A stretch of DNA of 29,349 nt from Parachlamydiaceae bacterium (GTDB lineage: Bacteria > Chlamydiota > Chlamydiia > Chlamydiales > Parachlamydiaceae), in contig DAORNI010000005.1 of the NCBI GenBank assembly GCA_035440845.1, forward strand, positions 15,647 to 44,995. Direction: 5' to 3'. Under the pieces are notes generated by a model. That model was not told the origin of the DNA. It did not search any database and saw nothing but the letters and a program-made list of their open reading frames with translations. A program made the position numbers and the translations under genes. This document shows, one piece after another, positions 1-8,224 of the stretch (its first letter is position 1; every line of letters begins with the position of its first letter).

Positions 1-626
1 GGTACATAAAGAGGGCTGATGCAATAACCTTCATTTTTAGTCACTTGTCTTACATTGTGCCCGTCATAGTCTGCCTCAAAAATGTTTGATTGGTACTCGC
101 CTTTTGCACCCTTTTCTTTTACGACATATAAAAATTTAGAGCTTGCAATGCCTTCCTTATTAAAGAGGGCAAGATGAATGGCATCTGCAAGCAAATGGAT
201 TTTACGCCTGTCTTCATTTAGGTTGCCGCTAAGTAAAATCCCTTCAAAAGTTCTGATGCTATTTTGCGAAACAAGAAAAAGGCGGGCTTCCAAATTTTTT
301 CCTTTTACTTTTGCTTTTAAAACGTAATTTACATCCTCTTTTTTCCAAAAAGAGCTCTGTCCCATGTCTTCAAAGCTAAGACCTTTCAAAATAACTTCTT
401 TTGCTTTCCCTTTTGCAAGTTTTGTAGATCCGTTATGGCTAAAATCAAATTCTAAAACTTTTTGAATTTCGGTAAAATAGGATGCATCAAAAGAACACGC
501 CTCTTTTTCTATCCCATTTAAATAAATAGGCTCTAAAGAACAAGTTGTTTCCAGGCAAATCGTGATCTCATCCTCTGAAAAAAGCGGTATTGTTAAAAGA
601 AGAAAGGTAAATAGCAGTTTTCTCAT
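1..626 (-). CDS. tolB: TolB family periplasmic protein, N-terminal part (runs off the window start)
   Basis: Not in the ORF track. Hand translation from ATG at 626: MRKLLFTFLLLTIPLFSEDEITICLE... (signal peptide) through ...IHLLADAIHLALFNKEGIASSKFLYVV...IFEADYDGHNVRQVT, typical of TolB entering the beta-propeller. Lies downstream of tolQ/R/A-like genes. Confidence 0.85.
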   Translation of the reverse strand, partial: MRKLLFTFLLLTIPLFSEDEITICLETTCSLEPIYLNGIEKEACSFDASYFTEIQKVLEFDFSHNGSTKLAKGKAKEVILKGLSFEDMGQSSFWKKEDVNYVLKAKVKGKNLEARLFLVSQNSIRTFEGILLSGNLNEDRRKIHLLADAIHLALFNKEGIASSKFLYVVKEKGAKGEYQSNIFEADYDGHNVRQVTKNEGYCISPLYV

Positions 627-629
627 GTT

Positions 630-1439
630 TTAACCCTTTAATGTGATAGAAAAAGTATATTCAGAAAATTCATTAAAATCACCTTGAAAGCTTGGAAAGT
701 CCAAATTTTTAACTGTTTTCTCAATATAGTCCCTATTTTTTTTGCTTTCAAAGCTATCTATTAAAAGCTTTAAAACTTTTCCAGAGCGCTCCAGGGTCAG
801 TTTAATCTTCACTTCTCCTTTTTCCGGGAATTTAAGCAAGCTTTGTAGCCTTGAGGCAAGCTCATCGCGGTATCCCAATTGCCAAATGGTATCACCTATT
901 TTTCCCTCTTGTTCAAAGCTTAAAGGACCAAGGGCAATAGAAGATGCGTCCTCTTTTTTTGAAAAAGTTTTATTTGCTTTTGCAAGATTACTTTTTGCCG
1001 CTGCTATAAGCGCTTTTTGCTTCTCTTTTTTTTCTAAAGTTTCTTTAGATTCTTTTTTTGGAGCCTCTTTTAAGACAACAGGAGCCTCTTTTAAGACAAC
1101 AGGCGCCTCTTTTTTAACGGCCGGCTTTGCCATTTTTACTTCTTTTTTAGGGACTGCTTTTTTTACTGGTTCCACCTTTTTTGTTTCTTCTTGCTTAGTG
1201 ATAGGAGTATCTTGCAAGCTGACACTCTCTTTGGCCGCTGCAGTTTTTAAAACAGGTTCTACATGGGCAACTGCAACCATCCTGACAGCTATTTTTTTAT
1301 TCGGTTTTTTTAAAGGCTTGGCTGTTTGTTGAAATCCTAAAAAACATAAAAAACAGACATGAAAAAAAATGACAAAAAGCACAATCCTTTTAAAAAACAA
1401 ATTCTCGTGTTTTTGAAAACAGGTCATTTCAGTGTTCAT
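630..1439 (-). CDS. TolA/TonB-like membrane-anchored protein (positional equivalent of C. trachomatis CT598)
   Basis: One N-terminal TM helix, a long Lys/Glu/Ala/Pro-rich linker and a C-terminal TonB/TolA-like domain (GEVKIKLTLERSGKVLKL...DFPSF). ATGA overlap with the exbD stop; lies between exbD and tolB. Confidence 0.7.
   Translation of the reverse strand: MNTEMTCFQKHENLFFKRIVLFVIFFHVCFLCFLGFQQTAKPLKKPNKKIAVRMVAVAHVEPVLKTAAAKESVSLQDTPITKQEETKKVEPVKKAVPKKEVKMAKPAVKKEAPVVLKEAPVVLKEAPKKESKETLEKKEKQKALIAAAKSNLAKANKTFSKKEDASSIALGPLSFEQEGKIGDTIWQLGYRDELASRLQSLLKFPEKGEVKIKLTLERSGKVLKLLIDSFESKKNRDYIEKTVKNLDFPSFQGDFNEFSEYTFSITLKG
1060..1113. repeat. In-frame 21-bp tandem repeat (2 perfect copies plus a partial copy)
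   Basis: GGAGCCTCTTTTAAGACAACA at 1060-1080 and 1081-1101, then GGCGCCTCTTTT at 1102-1113. Encodes KEAPVVL-KEAPVVL-KEAP on the minus strand. Confidence 0.95.
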
Positions 1440-1834
1440 GATGGCTTCAAAATCAAATCTAACTGATCAAAGCCAGCCTCTTCCGCTGCATTTTTGACCG
1501 ACTGGTAAGTGCCAAAATGAGCCGTTTTATCTTGAAAAAGCTGTAAGCTTGCTTTTGGATACTCTTTTTTTGCTTTTCTTAAAACGGCTGTCAATTGCTC
1601 AAGACGGATCGGCTTTCCTAAAAAAAAGACGCTATTGTCTGCATGCACATGAAGAGTCAAGGAACTACTTTCTTGCAAGGGTGTGGAATGGCTCTCTTTG
1701 CCGCTGCTTAGCTGGATACGGTCTAGCTCTAAAAGGGGTGCCATCAAAATAAACATGATCAAAATGACAAAGACCACATCAATGAGGGGTGTCAAATTAA
1801 TAAGAGGCTCTTCTATTTGTCTATTCCTACCCAT
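1436..1834 (-). CDS. exbD: ExbD/TolR family biopolymer transport protein
   Basis: INLTPLIDVVFVILIMFIL TM motif with the conserved Asp, and DK.AHFGTYQSV..A..EAGFDQL C-terminus. ATG at 1834 preferred over the track's TTG at 1840. Confidence 0.92.
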   Translation of the reverse strand: MGRNRQIEEPLINLTPLIDVVFVILIMFILMAPLLELDRIQLSSGKESHSTPLQESSSLTLHVHADNSVFFLGKPIRLEQLTAVLRKAKKEYPKASLQLFQDKTAHFGTYQSVKNAAEEAGFDQLDLILKPS

Positions 1835-2561
1835 ATGCAATATCTACTTGCCTGTAGTTCATTTCCACGGAGGAGAGAATTTCTCTAGAAAAGCCCTCCA
1901 TCTCCACTTCAAAATCGCGGATCGCATTTTTAAAGTAATTATAACCAATGAGCGCAGGAATTGCATCAATCAGCCCAATTACGGTTGTTGCAAGAGCAAG
2001 CGACAACCCTCCAAGCATTGCAGAAGAATTCATGCTTTGCAGCTCTGAGAATGTTGTTAAAATTCCCCAGACAGTACCAAGAAGTCCTAAAAAAGGAGCC
2101 AAGCTTGTGATTGTGGAGAGAATAAACAAATTTCTTTCCAGATCATTCAATTTAATAGCAATCGCGCCTTTTAACTGCGCGTCAATAAAGCTAATATCTG
2201 CCGGAGATAAAAACACCTTTTCTTTTTCAGAATGAAAAGATCTGTTTTTATTTAAAAGATCCATTGTTTGTTTTTTAAAAATTTGAAAAAGATAAAAAAA
2301 AGGGTTACTTTTTTTCTCTTCTATTGAAATCGGATAGTCAAAATTTAATAGCTGATTTTTTTGAGACTGAACCTGGTTATAAAATTTTAAAGCATTTTTC
2401 TTGACCGACTTTAAAACTAAAAATTTATGAATAATTAAAATCCAGCTGATAATAGATAAAGCAATTAACCCGATAAAAATGAGTTTGCCTAAAAAGTCAG
2501 AATCCCTATAAGCACCAAAAAATGGATTACTAGCTAAAATAAAAAAATCATTTACAAACAT
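1827..2561 (-). CDS. exbB: MotA/TolQ/ExbB proton channel protein
   Basis: LSTITSLAPFLGLLGTVWGILTTF and ALATTVIGL..AIPALIGYNYF motifs; three TM segments; upstream of exbD. Confidence 0.92.
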   Translation of the reverse strand: MFVNDFFILASNPFFGAYRDSDFLGKLIFIGLIALSIISWILIIHKFLVLKSVKKNALKFYNQVQSQKNQLLNFDYPISIEEKKSNPFFYLFQIFKKQTMDLLNKNRSFHSEKEKVFLSPADISFIDAQLKGAIAIKLNDLERNLFILSTITSLAPFLGLLGTVWGILTTFSELQSMNSSAMLGGLSLALATTVIGLIDAIPALIGYNYFKNAIRDFEVEMEGFSREILSSVEMNYRQVDIAYG

Positions 2562-2579
2562 TATAAATTCCTGTATACT
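2551..2579 (+). promoter_or_regulatory. Putative sigma70/sigma66-type promoter for dsbD
   Basis: TTTACA (2551-2556), 17-nt spacer, TATACT (2574-2579). An AAGGAGG ribosome-binding site follows at 2628-2634. Confidence 0.5.
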
Positions 2580-2646
2580 ATTTTCTTTATACTATCTTAA
2601 TAATTATAGGTATTGATACCTTAAATAAAGGAGGCTTGTCAAGAGA

Positions 2647-4818
2647 ATGAGGAAATTTCTAACCACATTTTTACTCTCTTTCTTTTTTGCATTTAGCTTA
2701 AGCCTTGCAGCTGAAGAAAATGAAGACTTGCCAGTTCGCGCCACAATCATAACCGAACATGAGTGGATTCAGCCGGGTGAACCCTTTTCTCTTGCCCTCC
2801 ATTTTGATATCGAAAAAAATTGGCATACTTACTGGAAAAACCCAGGAGATGCCGGCATGCCAGTTTCTATTGATTGGCATCTGCCACATGGCTTTATAGT
2901 TAAAGAGATGCATTGGCAAGCACCTACTCATTTTGAATTAGATACAACAACTGCCTTTGGCTATGAGAACGAGATGATTTTTTTAGCAGAATTGGAAGCA
3001 CCAGCTTTACTTGATGCTGCTGAAATTGTAATTGAAGCAACAGCTAATTGGCTTGCTTGCTCTGATACCACCTGCCTTCCTGGAAACTCCGGGTTAAAAA
3101 CAGCTTTAGCAGTCAAAAAAGAGACACCAGCCCCAAAAGATAGCGCTTATTTTAACAAAGTGCGCCAAAATCTTCCAAAAAATGATTGGGATCTTGCAGC
3201 AGTTTCAAATTCTGAGACGATCAAACTAAAAGTCAAAACTCCAAAAGAGCACAATAAAAGCTATACGACAAGCCGCTTTTTCCCGGAAGAAAATGGGAGC
3301 GTCAGCCATTTGGCCTTAATTGACCATAAAAATGAGGGCGATGATACCCATTATGAAGTGACACTCAAGTATTTAGAGAAGGAAGGCAAAAGTCAGCATT
3401 TAAAAGGTGTTTTGGTTCTTTCTGAAAAAGGAGGCAGTCAAGAATTTTTATCTATCGACATGCCCTTGAAAAAAGAAAATGGACATGAGCTTATCGCCTC
3501 TTTAGATAAGTCAGAAATCAAAAGCCATGGCAAGATAACAGCTAGCGAATCGGAACTGGAAGGCAACTTTTTAATGGCTTTAGTTTTTGCTTTTGTTGGC
3601 GGTATGATCCTTAACTTAATGCCTTGCGTTTTGCCAGTCCTTTCTTTAAAAATCTTTAGCTTTGTCAAAATGTCTGGTGAGAGCAGATCTCTCTGCTTAA
3701 AGCATGGCCTTAGTTTTTCACTTGGTGTTTTAATCTCTTTTTGGGTGCTTGCCGGTAGTTTGCTTTTATTGCAAGCGTATGGAAAAGCTGTCGGCTGGGG
3801 TTTTCAGCTACAAGAGCCTATTTTTGTCGCCATTTTAGCTTCTATCATCTTTATTTTAGGACTTAACCTATTTGGAGTGATGGAAATGGGCACTGGCATT
3901 ACCTCATTGGCAGGTAATATCAAAACCAAAAAAGAGGGACTTTTCAGCTCTTTTTGCAGTGGCATTTTAGCAACGGCCATTGCAACACCTTGTACAGGAC
4001 CTTTTTTAGGCTCTGCTGTTGGTTATGCCGTGACGCTGCCTCCCGTTTTTGCCCTTCTTATTTTTACCGTACTTGGCACTGGAATGGCATTTCCTTATCT
4101 TTTGTTATCTGCCTACCCTAATTTGCTGCGCTTTATTCCAAAACCCGGCAACTGGATGATCATCTTTAAAGAGATCATGGGCTTTATCATGATGGCAACA
4201 ACGCTTTGGCTCTTATGGATTTTTGGCGCGCAAACTGGCGCTTTAAGCCAGATGCTCCTCGTTGGAGCGCTCCTTTTATTTGCAATAGGCGCCTGGATTT
4301 ATGGAAAATGGGCATGTCCCCTTAAAAATAAGAGAACAAGAAGAATCAGCTATATCTTTTCACTTGGGTTTTTAGCCGCCGGCATTTTTGCTATCATTAC
4401 AGCTTCCCACTTTCCAACTGAACATTTTAGCGAAAATCAGGAAATTGCAGCCCTTGATAAAAAGGATATAAATCACCAATGGGAAACTTTTTCTCCAGAA
4501 AGAGTAAAAGAACTTCAAGCTCAAGGCATTCCTGTCTTTATTGACTTTACGGCCAAATGGTGTTTGATCTGCCAAGTGAACCACTTGAGTTTAACAGCAG
4601 AGCATGCAGAAAGCAAATTCAACCAGGCAGGTGTTGTCAGGATGAAGGCCGACTGGACAAAAAATGACCCTGTCATCACAAAAGAACTGCGCAAATTTGG
4701 CCGCAACAGCGTGCCTCTTTATGTACTTTATGGCAAAGACGAAAAAGAAGAGCCAAAAGTACTGCCGCAAGTTTTAACTTCTGATATTGTAGCAGAATAT
4801 ATAGACCAATTAAAATAA
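2647..4818 (+). CDS. dsbD: Thiol:disulfide interchange protein DsbD
   Basis: Signal peptide; N-domain WHTYWKNPGDAG and CSDTTC; TM domain NLMPCVLPVLSLK and ATPCTGPF; thioredoxin domain DFTAKWCLICQVN. Confidence 0.95.
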   Translation: MRKFLTTFLLSFFFAFSLSLAAEENEDLPVRATIITEHEWIQPGEPFSLALHFDIEKNWHTYWKNPGDAGMPVSIDWHLPHGFIVKEMHWQAPTHFELDTTTAFGYENEMIFLAELEAPALLDAAEIVIEATANWLACSDTTCLPGNSGLKTALAVKKETPAPKDSAYFNKVRQNLPKNDWDLAAVSNSETIKLKVKTPKEHNKSYTTSRFFPEENGSVSHLALIDHKNEGDDTHYEVTLKYLEKEGKSQHLKGVLVLSEKGGSQEFLSIDMPLKKENGHELIASLDKSEIKSHGKITASESELEGNFLMALVFAFVGGMILNLMPCVLPVLSLKIFSFVKMSGESRSLCLKHGLSFSLGVLISFWVLAGSLLLLQAYGKAVGWGFQLQEPIFVAILASIIFILGLNLFGVMEMGTGITSLAGNIKTKKEGLFSSFCSGILATAIATPCTGPFLGSAVGYAVTLPPVFALLIFTVLGTGMAFPYLLLSAYPNLLRFIPKPGNWMIIFKEIMGFIMMATTLWLLWIFGAQTGALSQMLLVGALLLFAIGAWIYGKWACPLKNKRTRRISYIFSLGFLAAGIFAIITASHFPTEHFSENQEIAALDKKDINHQWETFSPERVKELQAQGIPVFIDFTAKWCLICQVNHLSLTAEHAESKFNQAGVVRMKADWTKNDPVITKELRKFGRNSVPLYVLYGKDEKEEPKVLPQVLTSDIVAEYIDQLK

Positions 4819-5004
4819 TATCATTTGTAGTCTTAAACATGTAGTGATTTCCAAATTTTTGTTGTAATCACATATAAACATTTTTATTACCCTTATATCT
4901 CCTAGACTTTAAATCTCTTATTTAAGATCATATATGCTTCCAGAAACAACATAATTAAATTCATTTGCTCGCTTTCATAAAAAAAAATATATAAATCAAT
5001 TAAG

Positions 5005-5808
5005 ATGAATAATTACTTTACAGACTCCCACGCGCACCTCACATGCGATCTTGAAACATTTAAAAATGTAAAAGAAATTTTAGAGAGAGCTATTGCTGCC
5101 AATGTCAAGCAGGTGATTACTATCTGCACCACGTTAGAATCGCTTGAGAGAGCTTTGTCTTTAAAAGAGAAATACCCTTTTATTGGCTTGGCTGCCAGCA
5201 TCACTCCGCACGATGTAGAAGCTATTGGCGAAAAAAGCTTTCAAAAAATTGCTGAAGAGGCAAAAAAGGGTAGCCTTGTTGCTGTTGGCGAAACAGGGCT
5301 TGATTACCACTACGCCCATTCAAAACCAGAAATCCAAAAAGATTTTTTAAGACGCTATTTACATTTAAGCTTAGAGTGCAAACTGCCAGTTGTCATCCAT
5401 TGCCGCGAGGCTTTTAAAGATTTTTTTGAAATATTGGATGAAGAATATAGAGTAAATGGCAAGCATGCCCCTGGTGTTTTGCACTGTTTTACAGGAACCA
5501 TGCAAGAAGCTAAAGAAGTTTTAAAGCGCGGCTTCTACCTATCTCTAAGTGGCATTGTGACTTTTAAAAAAAGCATAGACCTTCAAGAAGTTGCAAAAAT
5601 GGTGCCTTTAGAGCAGCTTCTTATTGAAACAGACACGCCCTTTTTAGCGCCTCAAAACAAAAGAGGCAAAAAAAATGAACCCGCCTATTTGCCAGAAATT
5701 GCAGAATGCATCGCCCACCTTAAACAAATTTCAAAAGAAGAAGTAATGAAAGCCACTACTGAAAATGCAAACCGTCTTTTTAGGTATAAAGAAATAGGTT
5801 CCTCATAA
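5005..5808 (+). CDS. tatD: TatD family hydrolase/DNase
   Basis: DSHAH, VGETGLDYH, VIHCREA, HCFTG and ETDTPFLAP motifs. Confidence 0.95.
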   Translation: MNNYFTDSHAHLTCDLETFKNVKEILERAIAANVKQVITICTTLESLERALSLKEKYPFIGLAASITPHDVEAIGEKSFQKIAEEAKKGSLVAVGETGLDYHYAHSKPEIQKDFLRRYLHLSLECKLPVVIHCREAFKDFFEILDEEYRVNGKHAPGVLHCFTGTMQEAKEVLKRGFYLSLSGIVTFKKSIDLQEVAKMVPLEQLLIETDTPFLAPQNKRGKKNEPAYLPEIAECIAHLKQISKEEVMKATTENANRLFRYKEIGSS

Positions 5809-5843
5809 AAAATAATTAAAAATCGATCAAGGATGATACTATT

Positions 5844-7055
5844 ATGTCACATCAAATTTCTATTTTTTTAGAAAATCCCGTGCTCTTTTTTTCTGACTCC
5901 AACAAAGATATTGCCTCTTGCGTTTTCAATCTATGCGAGTGGATTGCCCTTAAAACATTGCATGAAACTTGCAGCACCTTAAGAGATTGCAAACAGCTGC
6001 AAAACGCCATCATCATTAAAAATGCTAATTTCTTGCTTCCCATTTTTAGTATCACGTTAAGACAACTTTTTATACTACCTCATTGTACACATCTAAGAAG
6101 CATTGAATTTTTATCCCATCCAATCGGTACTGCCAATAGTAAGGAAGCGCTAAATCTTACACCAAAGGAACTTACTCCAAAAGAAATAACAATATTTAAT
6201 GAGCTAAATCCCGAACCAAAAAACCTTGATGAAGAGAGCATATCAAAATTTTATGCAGAATCTGAAAATCGTATTCTTCTTTTAGAAGATGCAATAAAAT
6301 TTACTAAAACATTTAAATTTTATAGCGATCTATTGTGGATGCTCCAACTAATTCCTAAAAAAGTCAGTCCAGAAGTTAGCATTAAGGAGAATAAAAAATG
6401 GTGTGATAAGTTTAATAGAAGAAATCTTATTAAAAGTAATTTTAAAACATTTTTTAAAAAATGTGTATTGAATCCTCACGCGTTTTTAGAATGGAAAAAG
6501 AAAAATGAAATATGTGATATAAAATCCATTAGATTTAAGTTAGCTCTTCCTTTATTAGAAATTCCGAACCAAGTTTTTAACTGCTCGAGTTTAAACGATT
6601 TGACTCTTAGACACGCTAAAATTTACTCTCTACCAGATGCAATTAGCCGTTTAACACAACTCACAATATTAAATTTATCTAATAATTATATTAGATATAT
6701 TCCCAATAGCATTACCCAATTGACAAGGCTTAAAACTTTAAATATTTCAAAGAATTTTCTAACAGATTTGCCAAAATCTATGCTTCCTTTAACTAATCTT
6801 AACCATTTGGATATCCGTTATAATCTATTAAAATCTCTTCCAAATGGTTTGAGTAGATTAACTCAACTTCAAGTATTAAGAGTTTCAGATGATGTAGCAT
6901 CACTAAAAATTCTAGCCAAGAAAATCTTAGAAAACATACAAGCAAATAGGTTCTCTAATTTCATAAAACAAGAAAATAATACAACTGAATCAGATTCAGA
7001 TTCAGATCTAATAAGTGATTCAGATTCATACACAAGCAGTATGGATTCAGACTGA
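5844..7055 (+). CDS. Leucine-rich repeat protein, candidate secreted effector
   Basis: About five 23-aa LRRs (LxxLxLxxNxIxxLPxxIxxL) at roughly 6550-6890; acidic Ser/Asp C-terminal tail; AAGGA RBS upstream; AT-rich codon usage. Confidence 0.85.
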   Translation: MSHQISIFLENPVLFFSDSNKDIASCVFNLCEWIALKTLHETCSTLRDCKQLQNAIIIKNANFLLPIFSITLRQLFILPHCTHLRSIEFLSHPIGTANSKEALNLTPKELTPKEITIFNELNPEPKNLDEESISKFYAESENRILLLEDAIKFTKTFKFYSDLLWMLQLIPKKVSPEVSIKENKKWCDKFNRRNLIKSNFKTFFKKCVLNPHAFLEWKKKNEICDIKSIRFKLALPLLEIPNQVFNCSSLNDLTLRHAKIYSLPDAISRLTQLTILNLSNNYIRYIPNSITQLTRLKTLNISKNFLTDLPKSMLPLTNLNHLDIRYNLLKSLPNGLSRLTQLQVLRVSDDVASLKILAKKILENIQANRFSNFIKQENNTTESDSDSDLISDSDSYTSSMDSD

Positions 7056-7185
7056 TCCTCTGGTTATATCGTTTATTTTTAGCCGCAAAAATTTTAGTAA
7101 AATTACTGGAAAGAAAGAGCAGATTCCAGTTAAATGCGAGATAAGTGGTTCATAGATAAAAGATACTGAATAAAGGTGGCTCCTT

Positions 7186-7764
7186 ATGTCGAAGCTATAT
7201 TTTTGCATTTCCTGTTTGCTATTGTCTTTTTTTCCTTTGGCATCAAATGAGGCAAAAAGCGATGCACTAAATGCCATTGCAGAATTTATCCATCCTGATA
7301 TGGCAAAAATTTGGAGTACTTTCTTTTCTAATTTTGATCAGGACACCATTTTAGACTGGAACTTTTCTGAAAGAAACGGCCGCTTTTCCTTTACGTTAAA
7401 ATCACCCATGAAATTTTTTGTGCCCGCTTCAAAATCGGCAACAAGTGAGCCTCGCCCTGGATCCATTTTAATTTTTGGACTGTATAATAAAGTAGAGGGC
7501 AAACTCAACTGGCAAAAAAAAAGCATTGAATTTAGCAAAGGCTTTCATATTTTTTGCAAATATAAAATTGGTTTTTTTACAGTGCCTATTATGGTGGATG
7601 TCTATAATTTTACTTATAAAAACAGCGACACGATCATCTTGGAAGCCGGAAAGGGCGGAATATCTGAAAAAAGAGGCAAATCACTTGAAAAATACTTGAC
7701 AGCCTGGAACGATGAGAGCCGTGTAGTGCAAGGCGATTATGAAGCCTACCTTAAGTCTCAATAA
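7186..7764 (+). CDS. Hypothetical secreted protein (192 aa)
   Basis: Sec-type signal peptide (MSKLYFCISCLLLSFFPLAS); aromatic, beta-strand-rich mature part; no recognised catalytic motif. Confidence 0.75.
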   Translation: MSKLYFCISCLLLSFFPLASNEAKSDALNAIAEFIHPDMAKIWSTFFSNFDQDTILDWNFSERNGRFSFTLKSPMKFFVPASKSATSEPRPGSILIFGLYNKVEGKLNWQKKSIEFSKGFHIFCKYKIGFFTVPIMVDVYNFTYKNSDTIILEAGKGGISEKRGKSLEKYLTAWNDESRVVQGDYEAYLKSQ

Positions 7765-7793
7765 CAGCAGATCTTTGAAAGAAGTCTAATCAC

Positions 7794-7822
7794 TTGCTAT
7801 AAACCACAATTTTCTATAGAAT
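7794..7822 (+). promoter_or_regulatory. Putative sigma66 promoter for the hypothetical-psd unit
   Basis: TTGCTA (7794-7799), 17-nt spacer, TAGAAT (7817-7822), 30 nt before the ATG at 7853. Confidence 0.6.
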
Positions 7823-7852
7823 AATGCATCACTGTTCAGTAATTAAAAAACT

Positions 7853-8224
7853 ATGAATCTATTTCAATATTCTATTAACCTGAGTTTTGGTATTTTTTTA
7901 TTTTCTTGGGTTTGCTTGCCTCTTGTTTCAGCAGAAATCCCAAGCGAAGAAGTAGCCATTATCAACAGCTTGATCCTTTCCACTAAAAAAAGCGTTGCCA
8001 TGCAAGAAAAAATCCGGGGTGATATCATCCATTACCAAAAAGTCAATAAAGCCTTTTTGCAAAATCCAAACAATCCGGAACTTCTTTTTCAAATGTTGAC
8101 ATCTGCTGGTCCCCTGTTTAAAAATCTCCAGTCCTCTCATCTGATAGAAAATTTTCCGCCGGATTTTATTAACGAACTTAAACTTTTTGCAGAAATAGAC
8201 TCAAAAGGACATGACAAGCCTTGA
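7853..8224 (+). CDS. Hypothetical protein with N-terminal signal/TM segment (123 aa)
   Basis: Hydrophobic N-terminus, helical body, promoter directly upstream, stop overlapping the psd start. Confidence 0.75.
   Translation: MNLFQYSINLSFGIFLFSWVCLPLVSAEIPSEEVAIINSLILSTKKSVAMQEKIRGDIIHYQKVNKAFLQNPNNPELLFQMLTSAGPLFKNLQSSHLIENFPPDFINELKLFAEIDSKGHDKP

Noticed and set aside
742-1332. 196-aa plus-strand ORF
   Set aside because: Antisense shadow of the low-complexity TolA-like gene; no independent motif.
7090-7130. Two short hairpins (AATTTT-agt-AAAATT; ACTGGAA-12 nt-TTCCAGT) after the LRR gene
   Set aside because: Short, AT-rich stems without a U-tract; too weak to call a terminator.
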